This document shows, piece after piece, positions 10,175 to 20,580 of a stretch of DNA of 64,000 nucleotides. The DNA is from Dehalococcoidia bacterium (GTDB lineage Bacteria; Chloroflexota; Dehalococcoidia; Lucifugimonadales; GCA-2712585). How positions within the stretch are numbered: the first letter of the stretch is position 1; each line of letters begins with the position of its first letter. The position numbers and the translations under genes are program-made. The notes under the pieces were generated by a model, which did not search any database, had not been told where the DNA came from, and saw only the letters and a program-made list of their open reading frames with translations. The stretch spans positions 61,633 through 125,632 of the forward strand of contig CBDFHC010000002.1 in NCBI GenBank assembly GCA_965247585.1, read 5' to 3'.

Positions 10175-10297
10175 TTGGTAGGCTCAGACAGCGTAGGGAC
10201 GGTGCTATTTTCATAGGAATGCCATGACTTGGCCGAACGTTCATCTTGAAGCGGGATGATGCTGAGATTGCCTGACAAGTCAAAAACTCGCGAGGGC

Positions 10298-11274
10298 TCA
10301 ATCCGGGGTGACGAGGCTTTCCGGGGTCTGGCCGGACAGGGCGCGTTGGATGTTGGCGTAACCGAATTCCACCGCCCTGAGGGTGGCCTCATTGGTTAGG
10401 CCGGCCATGTGGGGGGTGACCACCACGTTGTCCAGGTCAAAGAGAGGGTTATCGACGGGAGTGGGCTCCTCCTCCAGGACGTCCAAACCGGCGGCGGCGA
10501 TCTTGCCGGAGGTCAAAGCGTCGTACAGGGACTTCTCGTCGATTACTGGTCCGCGGCAGGTGCTAACGATGAAGGCGGTGGGCTTCATCATCTCCAGTTC
10601 GCGCCGGGAGATCATGCCGCGGGTGTGACGGTTCAGTGGCACATGGAGGGAAACGATGTCTGAGCGGCGCAAAAGCTCCTCCAAGGTGACGGGCTGGGCG
10701 CCGTATTGCTCCTGCACCTCGGGGGACATTTCGACGATGTCGTAGTAGAGGGTCTCGGTGTCGAAAGCCTTGAGCCGCTTGGCGACCTGCTTGCCGATTC
10801 GGCCCAGGCCGACGAGGCCGACGGTCTTTTCAGAGACTTCGCTGAGCTCCGTGGCGAGCATTGGGCCGCGCCACTGGCGTTGCTTCGAGGCGATGTACCA
10901 CTGGTCCATGAGCCGCTTGCCCAGGGAGATCATGAGGGCGATGGTGTGCTCCGAAACGGCGATGGCGTTGGCGCCGCCGTTGTTGGCAATGGGGATGCCC
11001 AGCTCATTTATGGCGGGCACGTCAAGCTGGTCATAGCCGGCGCTGAGGGTTTGGAGGAGCTTTACGTTGGGGCAGTGCCTGAGCACCTCAGGGGAGACGT
11101 TGGGGACGATGGTGAGGATGGCGTCTGCGTCCCGGCACAATGGATGAGCTGGTCGTCAGGCAGGTCAGAATTGACCCAGAAGGATTCCATGCCTTCCGGC
11201 GCCGAATTGAGGGCGTGTTCAGAGCGGCCCTGAAGATACTCAGGAATCATGACGGCGATCTTGGCGCTTGGCAT
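10298..11274 (-). pseudogene. D-2-hydroxyacid dehydrogenase family, split by a 1-nt frameshift near 11140
   Basis: N-terminus MPSAKIAV..DDQLIH in one frame; CRDADAIL..GLGRIG..LHVPL..GLDVLEEEP..TPHMAG in another; may be an assembly error. Confidence 0.75.
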
Positions 11275-11327
11275 TGTCTCCCTTTCAGTTACGCAGGTTT
11301 GGATGAAGGCGGCGCAGGTCCCGGCCG

Positions 11328-12167
11328 CTAGAGGGGTTGCCAGTAGCGGCGATCTTCCAACCGGACCATGTGGCCGTAGCCCGGCGCGGGGAAGTGGCCC
11401 ACCACGGCGAGAAGGCCTTCGTTTTCCAGCCGCTGAAGGATGGAGCGGCGGGTTATTTTGGTCTGGTCCGGGTCCATGTCCGCCCTGGAAACCCAGTCAG
11501 TTTCCTGTACCTGGGCCGGATTGTGGAGTACGTCTCCGAGGATAAGGGCGCGCTGGCCCTGGGAACTTATCATGATGCTCATGTGCCCAGGGGTGTGGCC
11601 TGGTGTTGGTATAGACGTAACTTCGCTGGTGAAGGCGTGCTCACCATCGTACATCTCGGCGAGGCCCAAGTCTGGCAAGGGCCAAACGCGCAACGGAGCG
11701 TTGGTGAAGCGCTGCGGCTGAATACCAGGATCACGGCAGGCGTCCCAGTCTTTGGCGCTCATCCAGTAGCGGGCGTTGGGGAAGGTGGGAGCGTAGGCGC
11801 CGCCCTCGGACAAGACGTTCCAGCCGACGTGGTCGCGGTGGAGGTGGGTCATGACAACCATATCGATTTCGTCCCGGCGCAGGCCGACGGCATTCATGTC
11901 ATCCAGCAGCTCACCAAAGGCGCAGTCGGGGTCGTCCGGGGGTTTGGGGCCCATACCGGTGTCCACGAGGATGGTGCGGCCTTCGGAGCGGAGGAGGTAG
12001 GAGCTGAGGTTGAAGCGGACGCCGGGGCCGTCCACCAAATGATGTTGGTAGGGCTCCCACTGGTCGCCGGCTATGGATGGGAAGAAGGTGCAGAGGTCAA
12101 ACTCCAGGGCGCCGTCCGAAAGGGCGGTGATCTGAACGTTGCCCACGGTTATGTGGCGGTCTGCCAT
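11328..12167 (-). CDS. MBL-fold metallo-hydrolase
   Basis: LVDTG, THLHRDHVG, TPGHTPGH, GDVLH, GHFP. Confidence 0.9.
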   Translation of the reverse strand: MADRHITVGNVQITALSDGALEFDLCTFFPSIAGDQWEPYQHHLVDGPGVRFNLSSYLLRSEGRTILVDTGMGPKPPDDPDCAFGELLDDMNAVGLRRDEIDMVVMTHLHRDHVGWNVLSEGGAYAPTFPNARYWMSAKDWDACRDPGIQPQRFTNAPLRVWPLPDLGLAEMYDGEHAFTSEVTSIPTPGHTPGHMSIMISSQGQRALILGDVLHNPAQVQETDWVSRADMDPDQTKITRRSILQRLENEGLLAVVGHFPAPGYGHMVRLEDRRYWQPL

Positions 12168-12249
12168 AGACTCCTCCCGTGCCGGCGCGCAGTAAGCAGC
12201 GCGGCCAGGTGCATTCTAGCTGGAGGGTGGCGACAGTTCAACGGCGGTG

Positions 12250-12278
12250 TTGACGGTGAATTAGAGCAATCCTAAACT
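12250..12278 (+). promoter_or_regulatory. sigma70-type promoter
   Basis: TTGACG, 17 bp, TAAACT upstream of the amidohydrolase. Confidence 0.5.
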
Positions 12279-12310
12279 GGTGAACAGCCGGTACAAGAAG
12301 GTGAGCGCAG

Positions 12311-13426
12311 TTGTCGTCTTACAGGGTGATCTCATCGGATAGCCACGTTGTCGAACCGCCGGACCTGTGGAAGACGAGGATAGAGTCCCGCTTCAGGGGG
12401 CGCGAGCCTAACATCGTATCGGAAGAGAACGGCGACTGGTGGTACTGTGACGGCCTAAAGCTGGCCACGGGATTCGGGTTCGGCGGCGCGCAGGCGGGGA
12501 AGCGGTTCGACGACCCGATGGGGATGACGGTGGGAGACACCTTCGAGAACGTGAGGCCGGGCGGGTATATCCCGGACGAGCATCTGAAGGACATGGATAT
12601 TGACGGGGTGGACGTGGACATTATCTACCCCACGCTGGGGCTACAACTCTATAACGTGCCGGATAGCGAGCTGCTCTCTGCGGTGTTCCGGGCGTACAAC
12701 GATTGGCTGGGGGAGTTCTGCGGGACGGCGCCGAAGCGGATGTCTGGCATCGCCATGCTGAATGTGGACGACGTGCAGGACGCGGTCTCAGAGCTAAAGC
12801 GGTGCAGCAAGATGGGGTTCGTGGGGGCGATGATCACGGTGTACCCGCCGGTGGGGAAGAGGTACGACCAGCCGGAGTACGAGCCGCTGTGGGCCACGGC
12901 GGAGGAGCTGGCAATGCCGCTGGGGCTGCACGCGGCGACGAACCGCCACGGTTCCGGGGAGGGAGACTCGGCGACGCGGACGCTGTCCATTTCGGTGAAC
13001 TTCGACCACTACGCTAGGATGTCGCTATGCCACATCATCTACAGCGGGGTGTTCGAGCGGCACCCGAGACTTCAAATCGGGTCGGTGGAGCACGAAGTGG
13101 CGTGGGCGGCGCACTTCCTGGAGAGGCTGGACTACAATTACAGCCAGCGGGCGCCAGGGGTGATGGGATTGCGCTTTAAGGATGACGTGTTGCCCAGCGA
13201 TTTCTTCCGCAGCAACGTGTTTATTGGGTTTCAGGAGGACGCGCTGGGTATGCAACTGCGCGATTACATCGGGGTGGACACGCTGCAGTGGGGGTCTGAC
13301 TATCCGCACCAGGAGTCCACGTTCCCGCGCAGCAGGGAGATACTGGAAGAGATTCTTTCGGACTGCACGGAAGAAGAGAAGGCGAAGATTGCCGGGGGCA
13401 ACGCGGCGCGGGTGTACGGGGTTTAG
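12311..13426 (+). CDS. amidohydrolase_2 family protein
   Basis: ISSDSHVVEP, DMDIDGVD, AYNDWL, LGLH, WGSDYPH, NAARVY. Confidence 0.9.
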   Translation: MSSYRVISSDSHVVEPPDLWKTRIESRFRGREPNIVSEENGDWWYCDGLKLATGFGFGGAQAGKRFDDPMGMTVGDTFENVRPGGYIPDEHLKDMDIDGVDVDIIYPTLGLQLYNVPDSELLSAVFRAYNDWLGEFCGTAPKRMSGIAMLNVDDVQDAVSELKRCSKMGFVGAMITVYPPVGKRYDQPEYEPLWATAEELAMPLGLHAATNRHGSGEGDSATRTLSISVNFDHYARMSLCHIIYSGVFERHPRLQIGSVEHEVAWAAHFLERLDYNYSQRAPGVMGLRFKDDVLPSDFFRSNVFIGFQEDALGMQLRDYIGVDTLQWGSDYPHQESTFPRSREILEEILSDCTEEEKAKIAGGNAARVYGV

Positions 13427-13618
13427 GGGGTGGGGGGGGCGAAGGCTTGGCTGTGGACAGCCACGGCGGGACAGTGGTGGTTGTAGAGACGGCCAAGATG
13501 AGGGCGGGTCGGATGGGATGCTTTTAGCACTAGCGGCGGAGCTTCACTTACCCACGCACGGAGAACAGGATAGCATGACACTAACCACCGTGGAGAAGCC
13601 GGTGAGGGGGAATGTGCT

Positions 13619-13813
13619 ATGGCAGATGAACTGGAGCTGGACAACGTGCGAGTGGACTATGACGCAGGGGCCAACGTGCTCTACATCTACTTCGGCAGAC
13701 CTTCCACGGCCGACGACAGTCATGTGACGGATGAAGGGGTGGTTATCGGGACCCGAGAGGACAGGATCATGGGTTTAACCATACTGAATGCCAAGGAGAA
13801 GATTTACTCTTAG
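13619..13813 (+). CDS. DUF2283 family small protein
   Basis: VDYDAGANVLYIYF...IMGLTILNA pattern, 64 aa. Confidence 0.75.
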   Translation: MADELELDNVRVDYDAGANVLYIYFGRPSTADDSHVTDEGVVIGTREDRIMGLTILNAKEKIYS

Positions 13814-13908
13814 CCCGCGTCTACGGTCATGCACTGGGCCTAGGTGGTCTTGCTGTCGTGGGTTATGGTGAAGGATAGCTGACGGTATTCTGGCGCCGCG
13901 CTCCCGGT

Positions 13909-13937
13909 TTGACCGCTCCGTGTCCACTATCTATGAT
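13909..13937 (+). promoter_or_regulatory. sigma70-type promoter
   Basis: TTGACC, 17 bp, TATGAT upstream of ggt. Confidence 0.55.
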
Positions 13938-14010
13938 TCGGACGCTGATGGGCGGCATTTAGGACGGGTTGTGCAGGGTCGGTGAGAGGGTTTGAGGCAG
14001 GAGAGCGGGC

Positions 14011-15750
14011 ATGGCGAATTCCAAGCGCCCAAGGGTAGGAGGTTGGACCGTGGAGCGAAGTAGCTGGAGAGTGGTAAAGGACGGGTTGCGGGCGAAGTCA
14101 GCTATGGTGATTTCGGAGCATCCTTCGGTGACGGAGACGGCCATAAGCGTCCTGCGCGAGGGCGGCAACGCGGTGGATGCCGCCGTGGCAGCGGGCTTCG
14201 CGCTGGCGGTGTGCCGGCCCTTCATGAGCGGCATAGGGGGTGGGGGGCACATGGTTATCTTCGACTCCAAGCGGGCGAAGACGGCGGTGGTTGACTACAA
14301 CATGCGGGCACCGGGAGAGGCGACGCCGGATATGTATGAGACGGCGGCGGGCAGCGCGGGGAACTTCGGGTGGCCGCCGGTGAAGGACGAAGCCAACGCG
14401 ATTGGGCACCGGGCGGTGACGGTGCCGGGCACGGTGGCGGGGTTGTGCACGGCGTTGGAGCGTTATGGCACCATGCCGCGGCAAGAGGTGATGAAGTCCG
14501 CGGTGTCGCTGGCGGAGGAAGGCTCCGAGGTGGACATATTCCTCAGCCTGCTCATATCAAGCTGGTGGCCGGTGATATCACGATTCCCGCACACGATACC
14601 TTTGTTTACAAGTCCGGAGGGGAGGATACTTTCGGCACCGGTGTCGCTGGCGCCGGGGGGTAAGCTAGTGCAGAAGGAGTTGGCGGAGACGCTACGGCGG
14701 GTGGCGGAGGGTGGGCCGGAGGCTTTCTACCAGGGGGAGACGGCGCGGCTGATGGCGGAGGAGGTGAGACGCCACGGAGGGGTGCTATCGGTGGATGACC
14801 TAGCGAGCTACCGGGCGGAGGTGCACGAGCCGGGGCTGACGACGGAGTATCGTGGTAACACCGTCGTGGCGGTGCCAGGCCCCTGCGGCGGCCCCACGGT
14901 GGTGGAGGCGCTGAATGTGATGCAGAACTTCGACGTGGGAGGGATGGGCCACAACTCGGTAGAGGCGCTGCACGTGGTGGCGGAGTCGCTACGGCTGTCG
15001 TTCGCGGACCGGCTGCGGCTGATGGGGGACCCGGACTACGTACCGGTGCCCTACGACCGGCTCACATCGCCGGACTACGCCAAGGAGCTGGCGGCGGGAA
15101 TCGATTTGGACCGGGCGGCCTCGTTGCCACCGGTGGAGGAGCTGCAGAGCTCGGCGGCAGGCGAGGCTGTCACGGTGGCCGGGGGACTGCCGGCCGGGGA
15201 GACGACGCAACTTTGCGTAGTGGATGGCACGGGAGGGGCGGTTTCGATGACGCAGACGTTGCAGACGTACAGCGGGGTGATCCCGCCCGGCACCGGGGTG
15301 GCGCTAAACGGGGCGATGCTCTGGTTTAATCCAGAGCCGGGGAGGGCTAACTCCATTGCGGGTGGGAAGCGGATCCTGGCGAATATGTCGCCGATCATTT
15401 TGCTGAAAGACGGGAAGCCGTTTCTGGTGACCGGCGCGCCCGGGGGGCGGAAGATTAAGAGCGCGGTGGCGCAGGTGGTGTCCAACGTGGTGGACCACGG
15501 GATGGACGTACACCGGGCGGTGAACGAACCGAGGATTGACTGCAGCGGCACGGAGATCCGGGCGGACGATAGAATCCCGGAGGATGTGCTGGACGGACTG
15601 CGGCGAAGGGGCCATCAGGTAGAGGCGGTGCCGGAGGAGTTCCTGATACGCCGGTTCGCGGGGCCAACAGGCATTCTGATCGACACGGAGTCAGGTGAGC
15701 TGCACGGGGGGCTGTGCCAGTTCGACCAGACGGACGCGATGGGATACTAA
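14011..15750 (+). CDS. ggt: gamma-glutamyltransferase family protein
   Basis: GGNAVDAAVA, SGIGGGG, VPGTVAG, ETTQLCVVD (catalytic Thr), GAPGG. Confidence 0.88.
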   Translation: MANSKRPRVGGWTVERSSWRVVKDGLRAKSAMVISEHPSVTETAISVLREGGNAVDAAVAAGFALAVCRPFMSGIGGGGHMVIFDSKRAKTAVVDYNMRAPGEATPDMYETAAGSAGNFGWPPVKDEANAIGHRAVTVPGTVAGLCTALERYGTMPRQEVMKSAVSLAEEGSEVDIFLSLLISSWWPVISRFPHTIPLFTSPEGRILSAPVSLAPGGKLVQKELAETLRRVAEGGPEAFYQGETARLMAEEVRRHGGVLSVDDLASYRAEVHEPGLTTEYRGNTVVAVPGPCGGPTVVEALNVMQNFDVGGMGHNSVEALHVVAESLRLSFADRLRLMGDPDYVPVPYDRLTSPDYAKELAAGIDLDRAASLPPVEELQSSAAGEAVTVAGGLPAGETTQLCVVDGTGGAVSMTQTLQTYSGVIPPGTGVALNGAMLWFNPEPGRANSIAGGKRILANMSPIILLKDGKPFLVTGAPGGRKIKSAVAQVVSNVVDHGMDVHRAVNEPRIDCSGTEIRADDRIPEDVLDGLRRRGHQVEAVPEEFLIRRFAGPTGILIDTESGELHGGLCQFDQTDAMGY

Positions 15751-15821
15751 AGGGCTGGTTTACAATTGGCAGGGCTTGGTCCACCGGGCGGCCAGTCTTG
15801 GAGAGAAGACAGGAGGAGTTG

Positions 15822-16136
15822 ATGCTATTTCACGTAACGGCGAGTCACGTTCCAGCGGATTGCCTGGCGAACAACCTGGAGCGGATGCCGGCGCTGGTGG
15901 AGTGGGTAGAAGGCTCGGCAGCGCTGGCTGAGGGGTTGGGGGTGAAGGTGCATTTCTTTGTGAACGCGGCGCCGGAGCATGTCTCTTACCTTCTGCTGGA
16001 GGCGGACAGTCTGCCGCCGGTGACCCGGTTTGTGGACTCGATACCCATCCGGCAGGACTTCAAGGTGACACCGGTGGTGCCGGACAAGGAGTTGGCGCAA
16101 CTGGCACGAGACTTCATGGCGCAGCAGGGCGGCTAG
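15822..16136 (+). CDS. hypothetical protein (small, probable ferredoxin-like fold)
   Basis: AGGAGG RBS, MLFHVTASH..C..., strand-typical codon usage. Confidence 0.65.
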   Translation: MLFHVTASHVPADCLANNLERMPALVEWVEGSAALAEGLGVKVHFFVNAAPEHVSYLLLEADSLPPVTRFVDSIPIRQDFKVTPVVPDKELAQLARDFMAQQGG

Positions 16137-16149
16137 AGGGTCCGCGACT

Positions 16150-17205
16150 TTAGTTGGCGGTGGGGGCGGACATGGACCCAGTGACGAGCAAGGTGGCGCC
16201 GTTTTGAGCTACCTGGAACGACTGGAACCCCAGGAACCGCTGGTCAGCAAAGGGACGGTTCTCCTGGACAAGGGAGAAGCCGCTGAGGCCCAAGGCATCG
16301 GCGCCGACAGCCTCGATGGCGGCGGAGGCAGCTTCGATGGAAGTGAAGCGCATGACGGTGGTGGTAACCAAGGTGACGCCGTCAGGGTCAAAGTGAAAGC
16401 TGACGCCCCTGGCCGAGCAGTTTTCGTATTCCGCACAAACCGATGAGGCGTTCATGTATATGCCAGAAGGGAGCGCAGCTACCATCTCCGATACGCCGGG
16501 TCTGACCAGGATAGAGCCACCCTGGCGAGTGTGCAGCTCAGCGGCCCACTTGTAGAAGGGACGGCCCTCAATTGAGGCGTGGCCGGAGTTTATGACCAGG
16601 ACGGTCATTACCACCGGCGTAGGGTCACCGGCGGGCTCCCAGAACTCCAAGGACTGGTAGTAGTCTTGACGCCAACCGCCGTCCTGTAGGTTCAGCCTGG
16701 TGTTTGCCAGGTCCAGCCTTCCGCTATAAATATAGACGAAGAACCTGGAACTCCGAGAGCCCATTCGCACGATCTGGTCAACGGTGGTCTTTTGGCCCAG
16801 GACCTCAAAGGCGGAGGCGGTGGCTAAGAAGCTCTCCCGGATTAACAAGAAGCGGCTCTCGGTTAGGTCCAGGGGTTTCCAGGTGGTGAGATCGGCGTAT
16901 TCAACGAACTGGCCGCGGGAGTGCTGGGGTATTAGGGCAAGGAGCTGAGGGAATAGGTCCGCCGAGGCGCGTGTTGGGGGTTCGGTTGGCGTTGGAGACG
17001 GTGGGACCGGCGTAGGAGTATCGGCAGGCGTGGGCGGCAAGGGTGTGGGGGTGGGTGAGATGGGCGCCGAGGCCGTGACGCCAGAGGCAGAAGTGGATGA
17101 GACGGTTGGTGTAGGGCCAGCCGACGGATTTCGGCATCCGAAGAGGGTTAAGGTGGAAACGGCGATGAAGAGAAGGGTAATGGCGGCGCGGAACATTCTG
17201 GCCAT
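16150..17205 (-). CDS. putative lipoprotein with Pro/Thr-rich linker
   Basis: signal MARMFRAAITLLFIAVSTLTLFGC (lipobox), then PTPT repeats. Confidence 0.7.
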   Translation of the reverse strand: MARMFRAAITLLFIAVSTLTLFGCRNPSAGPTPTVSSTSASGVTASAPISPTPTPLPPTPADTPTPVPPSPTPTEPPTRASADLFPQLLALIPQHSRGQFVEYADLTTWKPLDLTESRFLLIRESFLATASAFEVLGQKTTVDQIVRMGSRSSRFFVYIYSGRLDLANTRLNLQDGGWRQDYYQSLEFWEPAGDPTPVVMTVLVINSGHASIEGRPFYKWAAELHTRQGGSILVRPGVSEMVAALPSGIYMNASSVCAEYENCSARGVSFHFDPDGVTLVTTTVMRFTSIEAASAAIEAVGADALGLSGFSLVQENRPFADQRFLGFQSFQVAQNGATLLVTGSMSAPTAN

Positions 17206-17346
17206 TATAGGGCAGCTTGGGCCGGGACCCAAACCCAGGGCGGTTGACGGCCGGTCGGGGGGTAAATATGCTGCTGGGTGCTTATGCGGTTGGCGGCGGG
17301 CTCGGGAGGCGAGCCTGGAACCAGCCAAAGCTAGGAGGGAACGCTG

Positions 17347-17970
17347 ATGGATACTGCCAGCCGATTCGAAATGCCGTTGGGGGAAGCGATATTCAGCCTT
17401 CGGGCGATTCGGAGGTTCCGGGGCGATCCGATACCTGAGGAGGACCTTCGGGGCGTGCTGGAAGCGGCGATCCGAGCGCCCAACGGGGGGAACCAGCAGC
17501 CGTGGCGCTTTCTGGTTGTCAAGGATAGGGAGCTGCGCGCCCAACTGGCCGCGCTGTACCGGGAAGCGTGGTGGGCGAAGCGCCGGGACGTGGGGATAAA
17601 CGGACCGGAGGATATTCCGGAGGAGAACCGGGTGATGCGGTCAGCTATGCGGATGGCGGACGAAATTGGGCGGGCGCCGGTGATGGTGCTGGTATGCTCA
17701 ACAATTCAGGGACAGAGCGGATTTGGATCGGTGATACCGTCAGTGCAGAACATGTTGCTGGCGGCGAGGTGCCTGGGTATAGGCGGGACGATCACGACGT
17801 TGCATCCGGAGGTTGCGGAGCGGGTGCAGCGGCTCTTTGGGGTACCGGAGACGGCGAAGGTGGTGTACTGCGTGCCGTTGGGCTATCCCAGGGGAAGGTT
17901 TGGGCCGGTGACCAGGGCACCGCTGGCCGAGGTGGCCTGCTACGACCGTTGGGACGGCCCGTCGGTGTGA
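17347..17970 (+). CDS. nitroreductase family protein
   Basis: RAIRRF, APNGGNQQPWRF, VQNMLLAAR.LGIG, PLGYP. Confidence 0.9.
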   Translation: MDTASRFEMPLGEAIFSLRAIRRFRGDPIPEEDLRGVLEAAIRAPNGGNQQPWRFLVVKDRELRAQLAALYREAWWAKRRDVGINGPEDIPEENRVMRSAMRMADEIGRAPVMVLVCSTIQGQSGFGSVIPSVQNMLLAARCLGIGGTITTLHPEVAERVQRLFGVPETAKVVYCVPLGYPRGRFGPVTRAPLAEVACYDRWDGPSV

Positions 17971-18044
17971 AAACGGGGCGCGGTTTTCCAGCGCGGGTGG
18001 CGGGTGTGCTCCGACGGCGTCGAGAGGTGCGCCAGCCCCGAGTG

Positions 18045-20360
18045 CTAGCTACTCTTTTTCCACAGGGCGTCCAACACCGCGCCGGGTGACATTGGCAACT
18101 GGGTCATTCGGACGCCCACGGCGTTGTGGATGGCGTTGGCGATGGCGGGTACCGGGGGCATGATGGAGACCTCGCCGACACCACGGACGCCGAAGGGATG
18201 GTTAGGGTCGCTGACCTCCACGACCACGGTGTCGATCATGGGCAGGTCCAGGCTGGTGGGCAGGCGGTAGTCCAGCAGGCTGGAATTTAGCATGCGGCCA
18301 TCCTCGTCGAAGAAGTACTCCTCGTTGAGGGCCCAGCCGATGCCCTGGCTGGAGGCGCCCTGGATCTGGCCTTCCACGTAAGCGGGATGGACGGCGGTGC
18401 CGGCGTCCTGGACCGCAGTGTATCTGAGAACCTGCACCTTGCCAGTCTCCGGGTCCACCTCAACGTCGGCGATGTGCACGGCGAAGCCAGGGCTTTCACC
18501 GCCACGGTCGATGTTGGCGCGGCCGACGACGGGGCCGCCGGTGGTGTTAAGCATGCCCGCGAGCTCCTTGAAGGAGAGACGGAGCTCAGGGTCTGACTTA
18601 TGGGCGAATACGCCGTCCAGCAGGTCAACATCGTCCGGGGAGACGTCCCAAATAACGGCGGCGCGCTGAATCATCTGCCGTTTGATGTCTTGGCCGGCCT
18701 CAAAGCAGGCCCAGCCGGTCTTGTAGGCGACGCTGCTGCCGGCGGTGTGGGAGGTGAAGCCGATGGAATCGGTGTCGCCGATGGAGGGGTGAACGTCTTC
18801 GGCGGGGATGCCCAGCACCTCGGCGAGCTGCATGGCAACGGCGGCACGGGTGCCACCGATGTCCGGCGAGCCTTCCAGGAGGCTGACGGTGCCGTCAACG
18901 TTGACGTTGCCGATGGCGCAGGAGGGGCCGGCGATGTTGAAGCTGACGGCGGTGGCGACGCCTCGGCCGCGGTTGGGCCCTCCCAGGGGCGATTTGTAGT
19001 GTGGGTGGTTTCGGGCAGCGTCCAAGGCCTCCTGGAAGCCGACGCGGCGGAAGGTGAGGCCGTTGATGCGGCGGGTGCCTTCCTTGGCGGCGTTGAGGGT
19101 GCGGAACTCCACGGGGTCCATGTTGAGTGCCTGGGCCAGCTCATCCACGAGGGTCTCGCCGGCGAAGGCGGCGGCGGGGCCTCCGGGGGCGCGATAGGCG
19201 GCGACTTTGGGCTTGTTGACCACCACGTCGTAGCCCTCCGTCCGCACGTTGGGGATGTCATAGGGGCCGAAGATGAAAAAGGTCCCAAGGTTCACCGGGG
19301 CGCCAGGGAAGGCACCAGCTTCGTAGATTAGCTGGGCTTCGGCGGCGACGATTCGACCTTCTTTGGTGGCGCCGATCTTGGCTTTGATATGGGCCGCAGC
19401 GGTGGGGCCGCTGCCTTCGAACACCTCGGAACGGGTCATGGTGATCTTGACGGGATGGCCGGTTTTTCGAGAAAGAATGGCGGCGACGGGCTCCAGGTAA
19501 ACGATGAGCTTGCCGCCAAAGCCGCCGCCGATCTCCATGGGGATCACCTTGATCTGGGAGGCAGGTATTTGGAGCACCTGGGCCGTGAGGTCACGCATGG
19601 TGAAATGGGCCTGGGAGCTGTCCCAGATGGTTATCTTGCCGTCCTGGTTCCACATGGCGGTGGCGGAGTGGGGCTCGATATAACCGTGGTGCACCTGCCT
19701 AGTGTGAAATTCACGCTCCACGATGTGATCCGCTTGCTGGAATCCTGATTCGGGGTCGCCGAGCTGGAGGACGAAGTGGCTAGCGACGTTGGAAGGCTCT
19801 CCCTGCTCGCCCTCGTCCCGAAGGCCGCCGGGGCGGAAGTACGCGCCCTCTGAGAGGAAAAGACGGTCGTGGAGGAGGGGCGCGCCGGGGGCCATGGCCT
19901 CTCTGCCGTCCAGGACGATGGGCAGGGGCTCGTATTGAACGTCGATCAAGGCCAATGCCTCTTCGGCCAGAGCGGGGCTTTCGGCGGCGACGGCGGCAAC
20001 GGCGTGGCCGACGTAGAGGACTTTCCCGGTGGCCATGATGTTGTTGCTGAGGAACCTGGGATTAAGCATGGCACCTTCGGCCACGTCAACCGGCCGGGCG
20101 GAGACTTCTGGAAGATCCTCAGATGTGACCACGGCCTTGACGCCGGGCAAGGCCAGGGCGCGGGTGACGTCAATGGACTTGATGCGAGCGTGGGCGTAGG
20201 GACTTCGCAGGATCTTGCCGTGGAGCATGCCCGGGAGGTTGGTGTCAGCGCCGTAGCGGGCCTGGCCGGTGACCTTCTCCAGGCCGTCGTGCCGGATGGG
20301 CCGGGTGCCAACGACTTTGTATTTATTGCCGCCGGCGGTGGGTTCGGCAGTGGTTGTCAT
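18045..20360 (-). CDS. xanthine dehydrogenase family molybdopterin-binding large subunit
   Basis: KVTGQARY, LRSPYAHARI, GGGFGGK, AYRAPG, VEGQIQG, GVGEVS. Confidence 0.9.
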   Translation of the reverse strand: MTTTAEPTAGGNKYKVVGTRPIRHDGLEKVTGQARYGADTNLPGMLHGKILRSPYAHARIKSIDVTRALALPGVKAVVTSEDLPEVSARPVDVAEGAMLNPRFLSNNIMATGKVLYVGHAVAAVAAESPALAEEALALIDVQYEPLPIVLDGREAMAPGAPLLHDRLFLSEGAYFRPGGLRDEGEQGEPSNVASHFVLQLGDPESGFQQADHIVEREFHTRQVHHGYIEPHSATAMWNQDGKITIWDSSQAHFTMRDLTAQVLQIPASQIKVIPMEIGGGFGGKLIVYLEPVAAILSRKTGHPVKITMTRSEVFEGSGPTAAAHIKAKIGATKEGRIVAAEAQLIYEAGAFPGAPVNLGTFFIFGPYDIPNVRTEGYDVVVNKPKVAAYRAPGGPAAAFAGETLVDELAQALNMDPVEFRTLNAAKEGTRRINGLTFRRVGFQEALDAARNHPHYKSPLGGPNRGRGVATAVSFNIAGPSCAIGNVNVDGTVSLLEGSPDIGGTRAAVAMQLAEVLGIPAEDVHPSIGDTDSIGFTSHTAGSSVAYKTGWACFEAGQDIKRQMIQRAAVIWDVSPDDVDLLDGVFAHKSDPELRLSFKELAGMLNTTGGPVVGRANIDRGGESPGFAVHIADVEVDPETGKVQVLRYTAVQDAGTAVHPAYVEGQIQGASSQGIGWALNEEYFFDEDGRMLNSSLLDYRLPTSLDLPMIDTVVVEVSDPNHPFGVRGVGEVSIMPPVPAIANAIHNAVGVRMTQLPMSPGAVLDALWKKSS

Positions 20361-20416
20361 TATGTTCTCCCGGGAGGAATTTGGGGCTGTTGGAAATGGG
20401 GGTATGGATGGAATGT

Positions 20417-20445
20417 AGTCTAGTTTGGTGGGTACGGGGCGTCAA
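20417..20445 (-). promoter_or_regulatory. sigma70-type promoter
   Basis: minus strand TTGACG, 17 bp, TAGACT upstream of the Mo-enzyme gene. Confidence 0.55.
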
Positions 20446-20580
20446 ATTTGTGTTGCAGGATTCCGAAACCTTTTTCAGGGGGGAGGACGCTCACCTTGCG
20501 AGGTATTCTTCGATGGCAGTTAAAACTACTGCCAAAGCAAACAGCCGAAGCGATGAGTATTTCCACCACGAAGGACTACT

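Noticed and set aside
9881-10216. Small ORFs with recurring ITGWWFPPSRPGRF peptide (also near 20354, 57333, 60983)
   Set aside because: These are translations of repeat module A; frames and lengths are not conserved and RBSs are lacking
17206-17544. N-terminal extension of the 464-aa ORF
   Set aside because: Overlaps the nitroreductase; the lipoprotein signal starts at 17205 or 17196
18045-20360. Aerobic CO dehydrogenase coxL
   Set aside because: Loop is AYRAPG, and coxM/coxS are absent
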